The notes under the pieces: generated by a model
The model's database searches: none
Told to the model about the DNA's origin: nothing
The model's input: only the letters and a program-made list of their open reading frames with translations
Shown here: positions 29,741 through 38,890 of the stretch, piece by piece
How positions within the stretch are numbered: the stretch's first letter is position 1
How the letters are laid out: each line of letters starts with the position of its first letter
Translations under genes and position numbers: made by a program
Virus record (IMG/VR): IMGVR_UViG_3300037322_000275
Coordinates: 29,082-93,081 of that record
DNA length: 64,000 nt
Strand: one strand, 5' to 3'
From: a virus

Positions 29741-30250
29741 TTATTTGTTCATCAATTCTAGAATGTTATTCATTGAATAATGTCTATCTCCTTTTTCTTG
29801 CAATCTGTTTTCACTTGAAGAATAATTTATTACAAAATTTTTGTCAATAGACCAGCAGTTATCACTAGAATGCAAGACCCAACCACCTGCTTTACCACAA
29901 AACAAAAAACCATATCTCATGTTGTGATATGCGTTGAAACGAGTTTCTGAAATAATTTGTTTCAAATATCCTGCAACATCTTTATCTGTAGCGTCAAAGT
30001 ATGTCTTACAGATGTTTACTATATCAAAGAAAGAACGCACTTGGCAACTGCATTGGAGATTCGAAAATTCCTTGTTGTAATACGTTTGTGGCACACCATA
30101 AAAAGAATTATATTTTGTTTTTTTTAAAAGCATGCTTCTTAAAAATAAATCTAAAGTTGTGAGACGAATACCGTTTGATCTAATATCTAGTTCAGAAAGA
30201 TATAATTTTTCAAAGGGAATCTCTTTTTTCTCTACTTGTACATCATCCAT
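29741..30250 (-). CDS. Unknown paralog family, member B
   Basis: TYYNKEF..LQC..VRSFFD...KTYF...LFCG...EKGDRHYS. Confidence 0.75.
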   Translation of the reverse strand: MDDVQVEKKEIPFEKLYLSELDIRSNGIRLTTLDLFLRSMLLKKTKYNSFYGVPQTYYNKEFSNLQCSCQVRSFFDIVNICKTYFDATDKDVAGYLKQIISETRFNAYHNMRYGFLFCGKAGGWVLHSSDNCWSIDKNFVINYSSSENRLQEKGDRHYSMNNILELMNK

Positions 30251-30834
30251 AACTTAATATTGTTTTCACTGTTGGGATTAATTATTGTTTGTGATACAAT
30301 GTCTGAAATTTCATCTAAAGCAGGTAATATATCTTCATCAAAATCTACATTTGTTGAAAACAGAGCTATTGCACACTTTTGTTGACTAACTGAATATTTT
30401 ATTACCTTTTTGAAAATACTTCTTTTTAGTTCAATACGATCACTATCAACAGTTGGTACTTCTTCTTCAATACTTGAAATTAAATCATTAATTCCCTGAA
30501 ATTCAATAATGCCACAGGAAATAGTTGATTCTGATGCAGAAAGAAAACACAATTCTAGCTCTACAAATTCTCCATCATTATCTGTAAAAGCAGAACCATC
30601 TTCTGAAATACTTGCAATTACTTGAGCTTCTGTTAAAGATATAACTACATTTGACTCTTCTTCTAGTGTAATATTATTCTGAACTTCTTCAAAAAAATCT
30701 TTAGAATATCTAACAAGTTTTAAAGAATCATTTTGTAAAAAATAATAATTACCTTCTGTTTTAACTAAGTTATATTCTTTATCTAAAGTTATCTTGTAAG
30801 GTCCTTCATTAATACATTTAATTTTTTTGTCCAT
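30232..30834 (-). CDS. Hypothetical two-domain protein
   Basis: N-terminal small beta domain (KIKCIN...TLDKEY); C-terminal SESTISCG...INPNSENNIKLW. Confidence 0.7.
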   Translation of the reverse strand: MDKKIKCINEGPYKITLDKEYNLVKTEGNYYFLQNDSLKLVRYSKDFFEEVQNNITLEEESNVVISLTEAQVIASISEDGSAFTDNDGEFVELELCFLSASESTISCGIIEFQGINDLISSIEEEVPTVDSDRIELKRSIFKKVIKYSVSQQKCAIALFSTNVDFDEDILPALDEISDIVSQTIINPNSENNIKLWMMYK

Positions 30835-30874
30835 TTTTTTTTAGTTTTATTGTTTTTTAAATATTTAAAGAAAA

Positions 30875-31282
30875 CTATAATTCTTCATTCATTGTATAGA
30901 AATTTTCTAAACTATAGTTATCTACACCTTTTTTAGTATAAAAATGCTTTATGCTATAGTCACTGATCCACTGTGCACTCTTGTTTAATGCATACTTTAC
31001 AACAACTTTGTTTACTTCTGTGCAATACACTAAAATAACAAATGAAGACTCCTTCATTATTGTGTGTATGATTTTTACAACAGCTTTTAAGCTAGTATTT
31101 TCAAATCTAGATAAAACAATAGAATGCAATTCAGTAATACTTCTAAATTTACCGCTGTCACACTGTAATTTTGTACATTCTTTATCGTGATAAGATTTAT
31201 AACTTACACCTCTAAGAAAAAATCTTATCAGCTGTGTTCTTGTTCTTGTTTTAGGAACGTCTAATTCTTTAACGTAAATCAT
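30875..31282 (-). CDS. Unknown paralog family, member C
   Basis: SYHDKE..LQCDSGKFRS...VYC...KKGVDNYS. Confidence 0.75.
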   Translation of the reverse strand: MIYVKELDVPKTRTRTQLIRFFLRGVSYKSYHDKECTKLQCDSGKFRSITELHSIVLSRFENTSLKAVVKIIHTIMKESSFVILVYCTEVNKVVVKYALNKSAQWISDYSIKHFYTKKGVDNYSLENFYTMNEEL

Positions 31283-31689
31283 TTTTCATTTTTGATTATT
31301 TTTATTAATTCTTTAAGACATCTTAGTTCTGCTTCTTCGTAGATTTCATCTGTTCTGTAAGGGAATATATCTACAATTAATCCTTTACTAATAGTATCAG
31401 GGATTGTTCTACCATGTGATATGTAAACAGTTTTACCATCACTTAGCGTTTTTGATGTTATAGAAACATTTATATTATACTTTTTTCTAAACCATCTAAA
31501 AGCTTGTTGATAAAGAGGTACTGGAAATTTCATCCAATTTAATTTTTTTTCAACTTTACAAGTATGGATAACTAATTGATCTTCTTGAAAATCTTTATTA
31601 GCAAAACTATATAAAGCTAAACAATACTCATCAAATCCTAATTCTTTTAAAGCTAATGCTTCTTCATAAGGAATAAATTCTTTTTCCAT
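31279..31689 (-). CDS. Hypothetical phage protein
   Basis: KEFIPYEEALALKELGF...PLYQQAFRWFR...YEEAE, a pattern I recognise from Bacteroidota phages. Confidence 0.7.
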   Translation of the reverse strand: MEKEFIPYEEALALKELGFDEYCLALYSFANKDFQEDQLVIHTCKVEKKLNWMKFPVPLYQQAFRWFRKKYNINVSITSKTLSDGKTVYISHGRTIPDTISKGLIVDIFPYRTDEIYEEAELRCLKELIKIIKNEK

Positions 31690-31726
31690 AATTATTTATA
31701 ATTTTATAAACATTTTTCATCTTTAT

Positions 31727-32332
31727 CTATTTAAGTGTTGTTGTCCAGTCTTCACTTGAAAAAGAAGATTCATCTATAAAGTTAGATAGTCTACTAGTTT
31801 CGTGTTTACCATCTTTTTTATATATAAAGTAATCAGCTTGCTGAAGATATTGGTAATTATCTAACGAATCAATGTATACTTTCGCAGCGTTTAAAACATC
31901 GTCTTTTGAATAAGAAGGATTGCTAAAAAACCATCTAGAAAGTTTATCATAACAACTGTCATGACTACCCATACTACCAATTTTTAATCCTTTCCATAAA
32001 CTACGATATTCTTCCGTAAATCCAGACAAACCATTTTTAACTTCTCTTGTAGATTTCTTAACAACCTTTTTTTCTTTTGTTGTATTTAAACCTTCTATTT
32101 CTAAATAATCTATTAATAAATTACCTTTTTCTCTAATAATTAATATTTCTTCATTGTTTTCTAATATTATTTTTATAAAGTTTTTATTTTGTAATTCTTT
32201 TTTAACACTATCTACAACTGAATAACCTACAAGAGGATACTTAATTGTAAGTAATGTCAGAAACTCAACTAATGAAATATTAGAATTATCTAGAAAATTA
32301 AAATCTAAAATTAATGCTAATTTGTTTTTCAC
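31727..32332 (-). CDS. Putative replication initiator / helicase-loader-like protein
   Basis: wHTH-like N-terminus; C-terminal EYRSLW...YSKDDVLNAAKVYI...YLQQADYFIYK. Confidence 0.5.
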   Translation of the reverse strand: MKNKLALILDFNFLDNSNISLVEFLTLLTIKYPLVGYSVVDSVKKELQNKNFIKIILENNEEILIIREKGNLLIDYLEIEGLNTTKEKKVVKKSTREVKNGLSGFTEEYRSLWKGLKIGSMGSHDSCYDKLSRWFFSNPSYSKDDVLNAAKVYIDSLDNYQYLQQADYFIYKKDGKHETSRLSNFIDESSFSSEDWTTTLK

Positions 32333-32352
32333 TTGTTTCTAGTTTACTAAAA

Positions 32353-32643
32353 TTATTTTTCTTCAGTTATAATAATACTACTTGGCGTAAGATTTCTAAT
32401 ACCATTTGTAGTGTTGTACACCTGTATTGTATTATTGGTTTTTTCAATAATTTTTGAAGGTGTAAGTTCTTTGATACCATTTGTTGTATTGTATACATTT
32501 GTGGTATTGCCGTTTGTTTGTATTACTTGTGACGGTGTTAAACTTCTAATACCGTTTTCTGTTTTATAAACTTCTGTTGTTTTTTGCTGAGCATTCACGT
32601 TACAAAACGTAAATAATACAATCAGCAATAATATTTCTTTCAT
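32353..32643 (-). CDS. Secreted protein with three ~25-aa repeats
   Basis: Signal peptide MKEILLLIVLFTFCNVNA-Q; repeat VYxTxNGIxxLTPS x3. Confidence 0.75.
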   Translation of the reverse strand: MKEILLLIVLFTFCNVNAQQKTTEVYKTENGIRSLTPSQVIQTNGNTTNVYNTTNGIKELTPSKIIEKTNNTIQVYNTTNGIRNLTPSSIIITEEK

Positions 32644-32644
32644 T

Positions 32645-32734
32645 TTATTTTTTTTTACGAAGAAACCACGCAATGGCGATTATCAATAACAGGTAACCAA
32701 ATACCATGTCAAAGCCATAAATTGTTTCTTCCAT
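32645..32734 (-). CDS. 29-aa single-pass membrane peptide (not in ORF track)
   Basis: MEETIYGFDMVFGYLLLIIAIAWFLRKKK*. Confidence 0.5.
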   Translation of the reverse strand: MEETIYGFDMVFGYLLLIIAIAWFLRKKK

Positions 32735-32925
32735 TATAATTCATTTTCAAATTCAAAATCATCTTCATTCATTGAAAAAAGATAATCACTTTCCAGTTCA
32801 CTTGTAACAACTCCTTCAGCTTTACATAAAGTACAGTCTTGATACTCAAATCCTTTTTTACCATTTGCTTTAGGTTGCATAATTTCTTTAGCACCTAAAC
32901 ACTTTGGACATCTTTTATTTTTCAT
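32734..32925 (-). CDS. Small DnaJ-type zinc finger protein
   Basis: CPKCLG...CTLCKAEG. Confidence 0.7.
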   Translation of the reverse strand: MKNKRCPKCLGAKEIMQPKANGKKGFEYQDCTLCKAEGVVTSELESDYLFSMNEDDFEFENEL

Positions 32926-33178
32926 AGTTAATTCTTTCTTTTAACATTGATGCGGCTAAAACATATGATCTTTTTGCTAAAGTTTCATGATTTTTTATCA
33001 TTTCAACTCCTGCAGAAGAACCATGACAAGTTGACAACAATCCTTGCATTGCGGAATTTGCAAAATAATCCAGCAAAGTCATTCCTTTCTGAATATCATA
33101 TATTACGTTTTTTTCTTGTACTACAGTTTTATTAACGTCTAATTCAAAACTTGGAAATGCATTAATATTGTTTTTCAT
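32915..33178 (-). CDS. Hypothetical phage protein
   Basis: AFP...GMTLLDYFANSAMQG...SYVLAASMLKER. Confidence 0.7.
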   Translation of the reverse strand: MKNNINAFPSFELDVNKTVVQEKNVIYDIQKGMTLLDYFANSAMQGLLSTCHGSSAGVEMIKNHETLAKRSYVLAASMLKERINYEK

Positions 33179-33377
33179 AATATTTTATTTTATTTGATTC
33201 TAATATCCAATTTTCATTGTTAATTTCTAAATAATCCATGATTTGAAATATAGAAACTTCCATGTCTAAATCTAATTTAATATGTTCCGAAATTAATATA
33301 GGATTAGTAACACTGTGTTCTTCCATAACTAAATCTATTGCAAAAACATATTCTGGTTGATTAATTGTCATTTTCAA
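33162..33377 (-). CDS. Hypothetical protein
   Basis: 71 aa ORF overlapping both neighbours. Confidence 0.55.
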   Translation of the reverse strand: MKMTINQPEYVFAIDLVMEEHSVTNPILISEHIKLDLDMEVSIFQIMDYLEINNENWILESNKIKYYEKQY

Positions 33378-33627
33378 TTATTTTATCAATTCTATAAACT
33401 GAATTTAATGTTTCAAATGTGTTTTCATCAATAATTTTAGTTACTGGTGACGTTGATATACCTCGAAGATGAGGTTTACTATAATGAACTGGAGCTAAAT
33501 TAAATCTTTTACCAACAATAGGTGGTTTGGTAAAAATACCTTCATAGTGATCTTCTAAATCTCCATATCCTGTTTTACCATGAACAGGTTTATCAACAGA
33601 TCCTAATTTTTTAATTTTGTACTTCAT
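33361..33627 (-). CDS. Hypothetical phage protein
   Basis: PPIVGKRF...STSPVTKI...FETLNSVY. Confidence 0.65.
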   Translation of the reverse strand: MKYKIKKLGSVDKPVHGKTGYGDLEDHYEGIFTKPPIVGKRFNLAPVHYSKPHLRGISTSPVTKIIDENTFETLNSVYRIDKIIENDN

Positions 33628-33649
33628 AATTATTTAAGTTTATTAATTA

Positions 33650-35668
33650 TTAAAATAATTTTAATTGATTAAAGTTATTTATCTCATCAATTATTCTCTG
33701 TGTTTTACTAATGTAGTAAGAATAATTAACGTTGTATTCATTAAAAGGTTTCTCTTCATAGTTGTTAAACAATATGACACCTTCACCTACATTTACATGC
33801 ATCATTGTAGCATCTCCATAAATTAAAAGATCGATACTTTTTATTAATTGATCTTCACTTAAAGGTTTCCAATTAGGGTAATCTTCTCTATTGTGTTTAG
33901 AAATTAATTCATTTGTTAATCTATCTCGATCTGTTTCAGAATAAACTTTTGATTTCTTTTGTTTAAACAAATATAGACCTTTTTTACTAAAATAATATCT
34001 ATTCAATTGTTGTTGAACTTTTCCACTATGAAATACAGCAAAATCTTTACCTATTTTATTAGATTTACAATAATCATAGATATGTAGTTTGTATTTTTCA
34101 GGATTACTAATAAACTCACCTGGTGAAATATTATTAATATAATAGTTGTGTAAAGCTTTTGATATTACTAACTCGTCTGTTGAATCACCTAAAGGAATTT
34201 CTTTCTGACCTTTTTCATTAAAATCTAATTTAAAGAAACCTTTACGTTTGACATCACCAGATTTAGTTTTACATATATAGTTATTTACATTTTTATATAT
34301 GATTTTATCGTAATGTTCATGTTCTAGATCTAATTGAAATTTATTACAAACCATATTAAGAATATCTTTATACTGTTGAATCTGATGTTTTGGAACAATC
34401 ACTTCAATACCGTCAGTATTTGCTGAAACAACTTGCCAGTTATTAATTAAACATGATTCAATACATTTAGTAAGAATTAATTGACCAATTAGTCTCATTC
34501 GCATTGCACCTTCAGGAAAGTATAACCAACCATGTTCCATATCCAGTAAACCTGATGTTGAATTAAGAATTAACTTAAAGAATGTGTCTTTTTGTTTTTC
34601 TTTTGCTTTTTTAGCAATAATTCTTTCATCTTTTACTTGAATATATTTGTTTAGAACTTCAGGAAATCTAATACATTTATAATTTATTATTAAATTAGGA
34701 TATAAAGAAGCTACATCAGAAGTTAAAACATCATAATCATCATTACCTTGATATTGTTCATTTTCATTTATAGAATGTAAACCACCAACACCATAGGTTA
34801 ATCGTATAGAAGTGTTATTGTAATTAACTAACAGTTCTCTACTGAATTTATCTTTTGACTTTAATATGTCATTCCACAATTCTTTAAATATAGGAAGTTT
34901 AAATTCAGGATCAAAACCTTTTAACACATCGTTAAGATACATGTCACCTTTCTCAAATCTTTGATTTCTTACATAAAAAGGTTTTTTATGTGTAATTCTA
35001 CAATAATCTAAAAGTAATGCTTCAGAAGCAATCTTAGTAGCATCCATAGACCAACAGTCAATACCATACTCTTTAACAATGTTTGCACGAAGTTTGATGT
35101 CATCCTGCATTTTAATAGTAAGTAATTCAAGAATACCTAAATCATGTGTGTAATTATAATAACGTAACTTTGGTAACTGATCTATTGTTAAGACAGAGTC
35201 GTGTCTATAAGGTAATTCTTGAACAACAGGATAACCTAGTTGAATACCTAAAGACTTTAAACTGATTTTTTTGGATATTCTTAACATCTTAGACCAATAC
35301 GCAAATAAATCAATATCAATCCACTTTGTCTTTAAATATTTAACTTTTTTAATTTCGTCATCTTGATAATTTTCACCATAAATTATTTTATCTGAAAAAT
35401 ATTTCAAACTTGAAGTTACATTTGCCCAATTTAAATCTTGATACTTGCTGTAATTTAACAACAAATATTTAATAACTTGATTGTCGTAATGTATACCATT
35501 AAAACTAATTAAAAAACCTTCATAATCTAAAAACCAATTGTAAATTTCTTTTAATTCATTTCTTTCTTCACTAATTTCGTAAAAAACAATTTCTTTTGTG
35601 TCAAGGTTTTTAATTCCAACACAAAAGAAGTTGTGAAAACATTCGATATCATATAATTCTTTTTTCAT
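33650..35668 (-). CDS. Family B DNA polymerase with 3'-5' exonuclease
   Basis: YDIE, FNGIHYD, DVASLYPN, KLILNSTSG, NTDG, KRKG. Confidence 0.93.
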   Translation of the reverse strand: MKKELYDIECFHNFFCVGIKNLDTKEIVFYEISEERNELKEIYNWFLDYEGFLISFNGIHYDNQVIKYLLLNYSKYQDLNWANVTSSLKYFSDKIIYGENYQDDEIKKVKYLKTKWIDIDLFAYWSKMLRISKKISLKSLGIQLGYPVVQELPYRHDSVLTIDQLPKLRYYNYTHDLGILELLTIKMQDDIKLRANIVKEYGIDCWSMDATKIASEALLLDYCRITHKKPFYVRNQRFEKGDMYLNDVLKGFDPEFKLPIFKELWNDILKSKDKFSRELLVNYNNTSIRLTYGVGGLHSINENEQYQGNDDYDVLTSDVASLYPNLIINYKCIRFPEVLNKYIQVKDERIIAKKAKEKQKDTFFKLILNSTSGLLDMEHGWLYFPEGAMRMRLIGQLILTKCIESCLINNWQVVSANTDGIEVIVPKHQIQQYKDILNMVCNKFQLDLEHEHYDKIIYKNVNNYICKTKSGDVKRKGFFKLDFNEKGQKEIPLGDSTDELVISKALHNYYINNISPGEFISNPEKYKLHIYDYCKSNKIGKDFAVFHSGKVQQQLNRYYFSKKGLYLFKQKKSKVYSETDRDRLTNELISKHNREDYPNWKPLSEDQLIKSIDLLIYGDATMMHVNVGEGVILFNNYEEKPFNEYNVNYSYYISKTQRIIDEINNFNQLKLF

Positions 35669-35710
35669 TTAATTGTTTTAGATGAGTCATATCTTTAAAA
35701 CAAACAAGAA

Positions 35711-36160
35711 TTAATTAACTGTCTGAAGATCGTTAATTTTTTTACTATTTTTTTCTTTAACCATTTTAAACAAAGTAAACCATGAATATTTTGAATTACC
35801 TTTTTCTGTACTTACCTCAGTTGAAGCATAATTATTGTAAAGCATTACACTTCTTGAAATATCACCACAAAACATTGTATATAAATTTTTTGAAACACCA
35901 GTTTTTATACATTTAGGTTTTAAATTAATTAATTCATTCATTAATTCAACAACTGTTGTTTCAGGGTAATAAGTTGTAATGATTTCAAACACTTCGTCAA
36001 AAGATCTATATTTTCCTTCTTCACATTGTAACTCAAGAAAATCTGAATCTGTATACGAAGAAAGACTTGTTAGATATCCTCTTCTAAATGTAGACGAAAA
36101 CAAAAGTGTTAAAAATTGCTTTATTGTTTCCTGTTTTTCGATTTTTACATATAATGCCAT
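35711..36160 (-). CDS. Unknown paralog family, member D
   Basis: SYTDSDF..LQCEEGKYRSFDE...TTYYPE...MFCGDI...EKGNSKYS. Confidence 0.75.
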   Translation of the reverse strand: MALYVKIEKQETIKQFLTLLFSSTFRRGYLTSLSSYTDSDFLELQCEEGKYRSFDEVFEIITTYYPETTVVELMNELINLKPKCIKTGVSKNLYTMFCGDISRSVMLYNNYASTEVSTEKGNSKYSWFTLFKMVKEKNSKKINDLQTVN

Positions 36161-37101
36161 TATTTGTTAATTTTAGTTTTTACTAATTGTTTTAAAGATT
36201 CTGTAATAGTTTTATAATTGGAATTGTTAATATTTAAACAATTTTTAATAATATCATTTAAACTTAAACAAGGTTTGTTTATTAATATATATTCTTCAGC
36301 CTTTTTTTTAGTAAAAAAAGTTAAAAGTTTACAATCTCTATAGTAACTACTGGCTGTTTGTTCACAAATATTGGTTTTATCTTTATCATTAAATGGTGTT
36401 ACTAAAACATAAAATTTATCACTTTCAAAAATATCAATACCCTCTTCTGTTGTAAATAATGGTTTTTTAACTTTAATCTCAACAGGATATGATCTTCTAG
36501 CTTTCTCTAGTAAAGATTTTTCTTCAACTACTTTAGTTTCAATAAAATGTTCAATTTTATCAATACCAATACCGTAAAGTATATGTAATTCTGTAATAGC
36601 ACAAACGTTATTTAAATCATTTGTATATCTAAATGCTAGTATTCTAGATTTAATACCTCTATTAATACCATTAAAAGGCGTTACTGAGTCACCAACATGA
36701 AATTGATTACCTTCATTGTTTTGAACTTCAAGAATTACTGCTTTGTCATAGATTGTTTTACGATCACTTACTTTTATTACTTTGAACCAAGGTAATGGTT
36801 TAATTTCTTTAGTTTTTTTTACAAATGATTTCATAGCTTCACTATATTCTACATATTTATCTAATTTGATACAGGTTTCTAACCAATGTTTTTTTTCAGC
36901 TTTAGCTTTTCTAAAAACATAAGAATCTCTATTGAAATCACCATATTTAAATAGTTTTTTAAAACTTCCATTTTGATACACATTAAAACAGTTTTTAATG
37001 TCCTTTTCTAACTTAAATATATAAACAAGAGAATTACTTTCTGCAGTGTAAATTTCATCTTCAATTAAGTCTTTTTTTTCTATAATTTTCATAATTTTCA
37101 T
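36160..37101 (-). CDS. Hypothetical protein
   Basis: 313 aa ORF with A-rich start context. Confidence 0.7.
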   Translation of the reverse strand: MKIMKIIEKKDLIEDEIYTAESNSLVYIFKLEKDIKNCFNVYQNGSFKKLFKYGDFNRDSYVFRKAKAEKKHWLETCIKLDKYVEYSEAMKSFVKKTKEIKPLPWFKVIKVSDRKTIYDKAVILEVQNNEGNQFHVGDSVTPFNGINRGIKSRILAFRYTNDLNNVCAITELHILYGIGIDKIEHFIETKVVEEKSLLEKARRSYPVEIKVKKPLFTTEEGIDIFESDKFYVLVTPFNDKDKTNICEQTASSYYRDCKLLTFFTKKKAEEYILINKPCLSLNDIIKNCLNINNSNYKTITESLKQLVKTKINK

Positions 37102-37247
37102 AATTTTTATTAATTAGTTATTGTTTTTTTTTATTCACAATATAGCTGTTAAAATAAATTGGCTACTAATACATATCTGATTTCGCAGTTACATATTTTC
37201 ACCAATTTAAAACTAACTAAAACATCTTTAAAATAAATTAAAGACTT

Positions 37248-37332
37248 AAACCAAAATTATGAAATTTAGTTTGTGGACGATTGGGGAATCGAACTCCTGT
37301 TTTCAAATCTGTCACCTAACAGACTACCGCCC
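37248..37332 (-). ncRNA. Minimal tRNA-like element followed by an anti-AUG hairpin
   Basis: Acceptor GGGCGGT/ATCGTCC + A; one central hairpin; GGAG-TTCGATT-CCCC T arm; then AAACTAAA-TTTCATAAT-TTTGGTTT. Confidence 0.55.
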
Positions 37333-37339
37333 TTTTAAT

Positions 37340-37570
37340 TTATAACCAACGAGGTGGTTTTTCTGGAAACCCTGGCAGTTTAAATTTAATATAATACAGC
37401 CAAACCACTATAGATGGTAATATAGTTATACTGAAAAATAAATTAAGTCTTACATCTTCCCATGACCAAATGTTTTCATATCCAGTGCTAGAAATTACTA
37501 ATTTTTTGTTTAAATAATAACAAATAATTACAATTGCTAAATATATTAGTATTCCGATAAATGTTTCCAT
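37340..37570 (-). CDS. Small two-TM membrane protein
   Basis: Two hydrophobic segments. Confidence 0.65.
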   Translation of the reverse strand: METFIGILIYLAIVIICYYLNKKLVISSTGYENIWSWEDVRLNLFFSITILPSIVVWLYYIKFKLPGFPEKPPRWL

Positions 37571-37685
37571 AATTTTTAGTTTTAGTTATTTTTTAATGCA
37601 TTTTGAAGATCAACTTTGTTAAATAAATGAACAAACACAATTTCACCATTAGAGAACAATAATTTTATCATTTTGTTTTTGATTT

Positions 37686-37940
37686 TTAGTTTTTATTCAA
37701 CGATAACCACTTTTTAAATTCATCAAAACAGTTCAATGATATTAAATGTGCGTTATCAATATAGGGTTTACTAGAACCCTTGTAATTTTTAGAATTAGAT
37801 TTAGCAAAATGTTTTTTCCATTCACTTGTTTCTGCAAATCTTAAGAACAAGACATTTAAATCTTTTTCTCTTATTTCTAAATGTTTTGATATATAGTTTT
37901 TTACACCATATAAAGATCGTAATTTATCTACAATACTCAT
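37686..37940 (-). CDS. Hypothetical protein
   Basis: 84 aa ORF. Confidence 0.6.
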   Translation of the reverse strand: MSIVDKLRSLYGVKNYISKHLEIREKDLNVLFLRFAETSEWKKHFAKSNSKNYKGSSKPYIDNAHLISLNCFDEFKKWLSLNKN

Positions 37941-38050
37941 GACATACAGTTTTTAATTATTTAGGTTTAAAGGAGTAAAGTTAATTACTCCTCAACCTGT
38001 TTTTACATATACCGTCCATTTGATTAAGCTACGGTAAAAGAGCTGACGAA

Positions 38051-38122
38051 AAGATGAAGACAGGATTCAAACCTGTGTTTCTACTGGTTGTAGAGTTCTT
38101 AAACGCTAGAGGACATCATCTT
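38051..38122 (-). ncRNA. Degenerate tRNA-like element
   Basis: Closing stem AAGATGA/TCATCTT; T arm ACAGG-TTTGAAT-CCTGT; TCTAC-AACCA-GTAGA hairpin. Confidence 0.45.
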
Positions 38123-38304
38123 TAAAATATTTTCAGTGGAAAACTTATTATCTGAAATTTCTTCGAGAGCTTTTGCTCAAGTCCCAATATTTTATTCTAA
38201 ACAATAAATCTAATTTACTATACATTTCTGATTAAATTTATTGGTTAATAATTTTCTTTAATTTAGTTCTTTAAATTCTTTATATAAGTAATCAATTGGA
38301 TTAT

Positions 38305-38640
38305 TTAACTGAGTTTTGTTTTGCTTAATTCATTAAACATTTTCATTCCAATATGTTTTGTTTCAATCTTTTTGATTTTAACAGGGATAGTCCAAGTCGC
38401 AGACTTATCATCAAATCTAAAGTTGTTTAAAACAAAATTCCAGTACAATTGCCAAAGATAAGTAAAATGTGGTCTAGTTAAATAGCCACTTTTGTTGTAC
38501 TTGTTTTTGATGCTACTGAATTCATTTTGTTGCACAAGACGTAATTGTTTAAATATCCCTACTGATTCAACAGCCCTTAACATTGACGTAACCTTAATTC
38601 CTTGGTATCCTTCTTTTTGTAATTTTGTAATTGTTGTCAT
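38305..38640 (-). CDS. Hypothetical protein
   Basis: 111 aa ORF. Confidence 0.6.
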   Translation of the reverse strand: MTTITKLQKEGYQGIKVTSMLRAVESVGIFKQLRLVQQNEFSSIKNKYNKSGYLTRPHFTYLWQLYWNFVLNNFRFDDKSATWTIPVKIKKIETKHIGMKMFNELSKTKLS

Positions 38641-38890
38641 AATTTTTTTCGTTATTTATCACACTGTTGATGTGACTAGTTAAATAAAGTTTATTTTTTT
38701 CACGAATTAGTGATGGACGCTCTGCATTTTCTATACAGAATCCATCACTTTTGTTATTAGAAACATTCATGTCATTAATTAAACTAAGGTTATTAGGTTT
38801 TACCTTTTTTTTAGTATTGGTTGATAATGAAACAAACAATACAATAAGTAAGAAACAAATGATTCCACTTATAAGTATTATTGATTCCAC
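38594..38890 (-). CDS. Membrane-anchored hypothetical protein
   Basis: N-terminal TM helix. Confidence 0.6.
   Translation of the reverse strand: MESIILISGIICFLLIVLFVSLSTNTKKKVKPNNLSLINDMNVSNNKSDGFCIENAERPSLIREKNKLYLTSHINSVINNEKNYDNNYKITKRRIPRN

Noticed and set aside
38043-38127. Hammerhead ribozyme core CTGACGA (and CTGATGA near 41228)
   Set aside because: No GAAA after stem II and no stems I/III; both lie on the strand opposite the local genes
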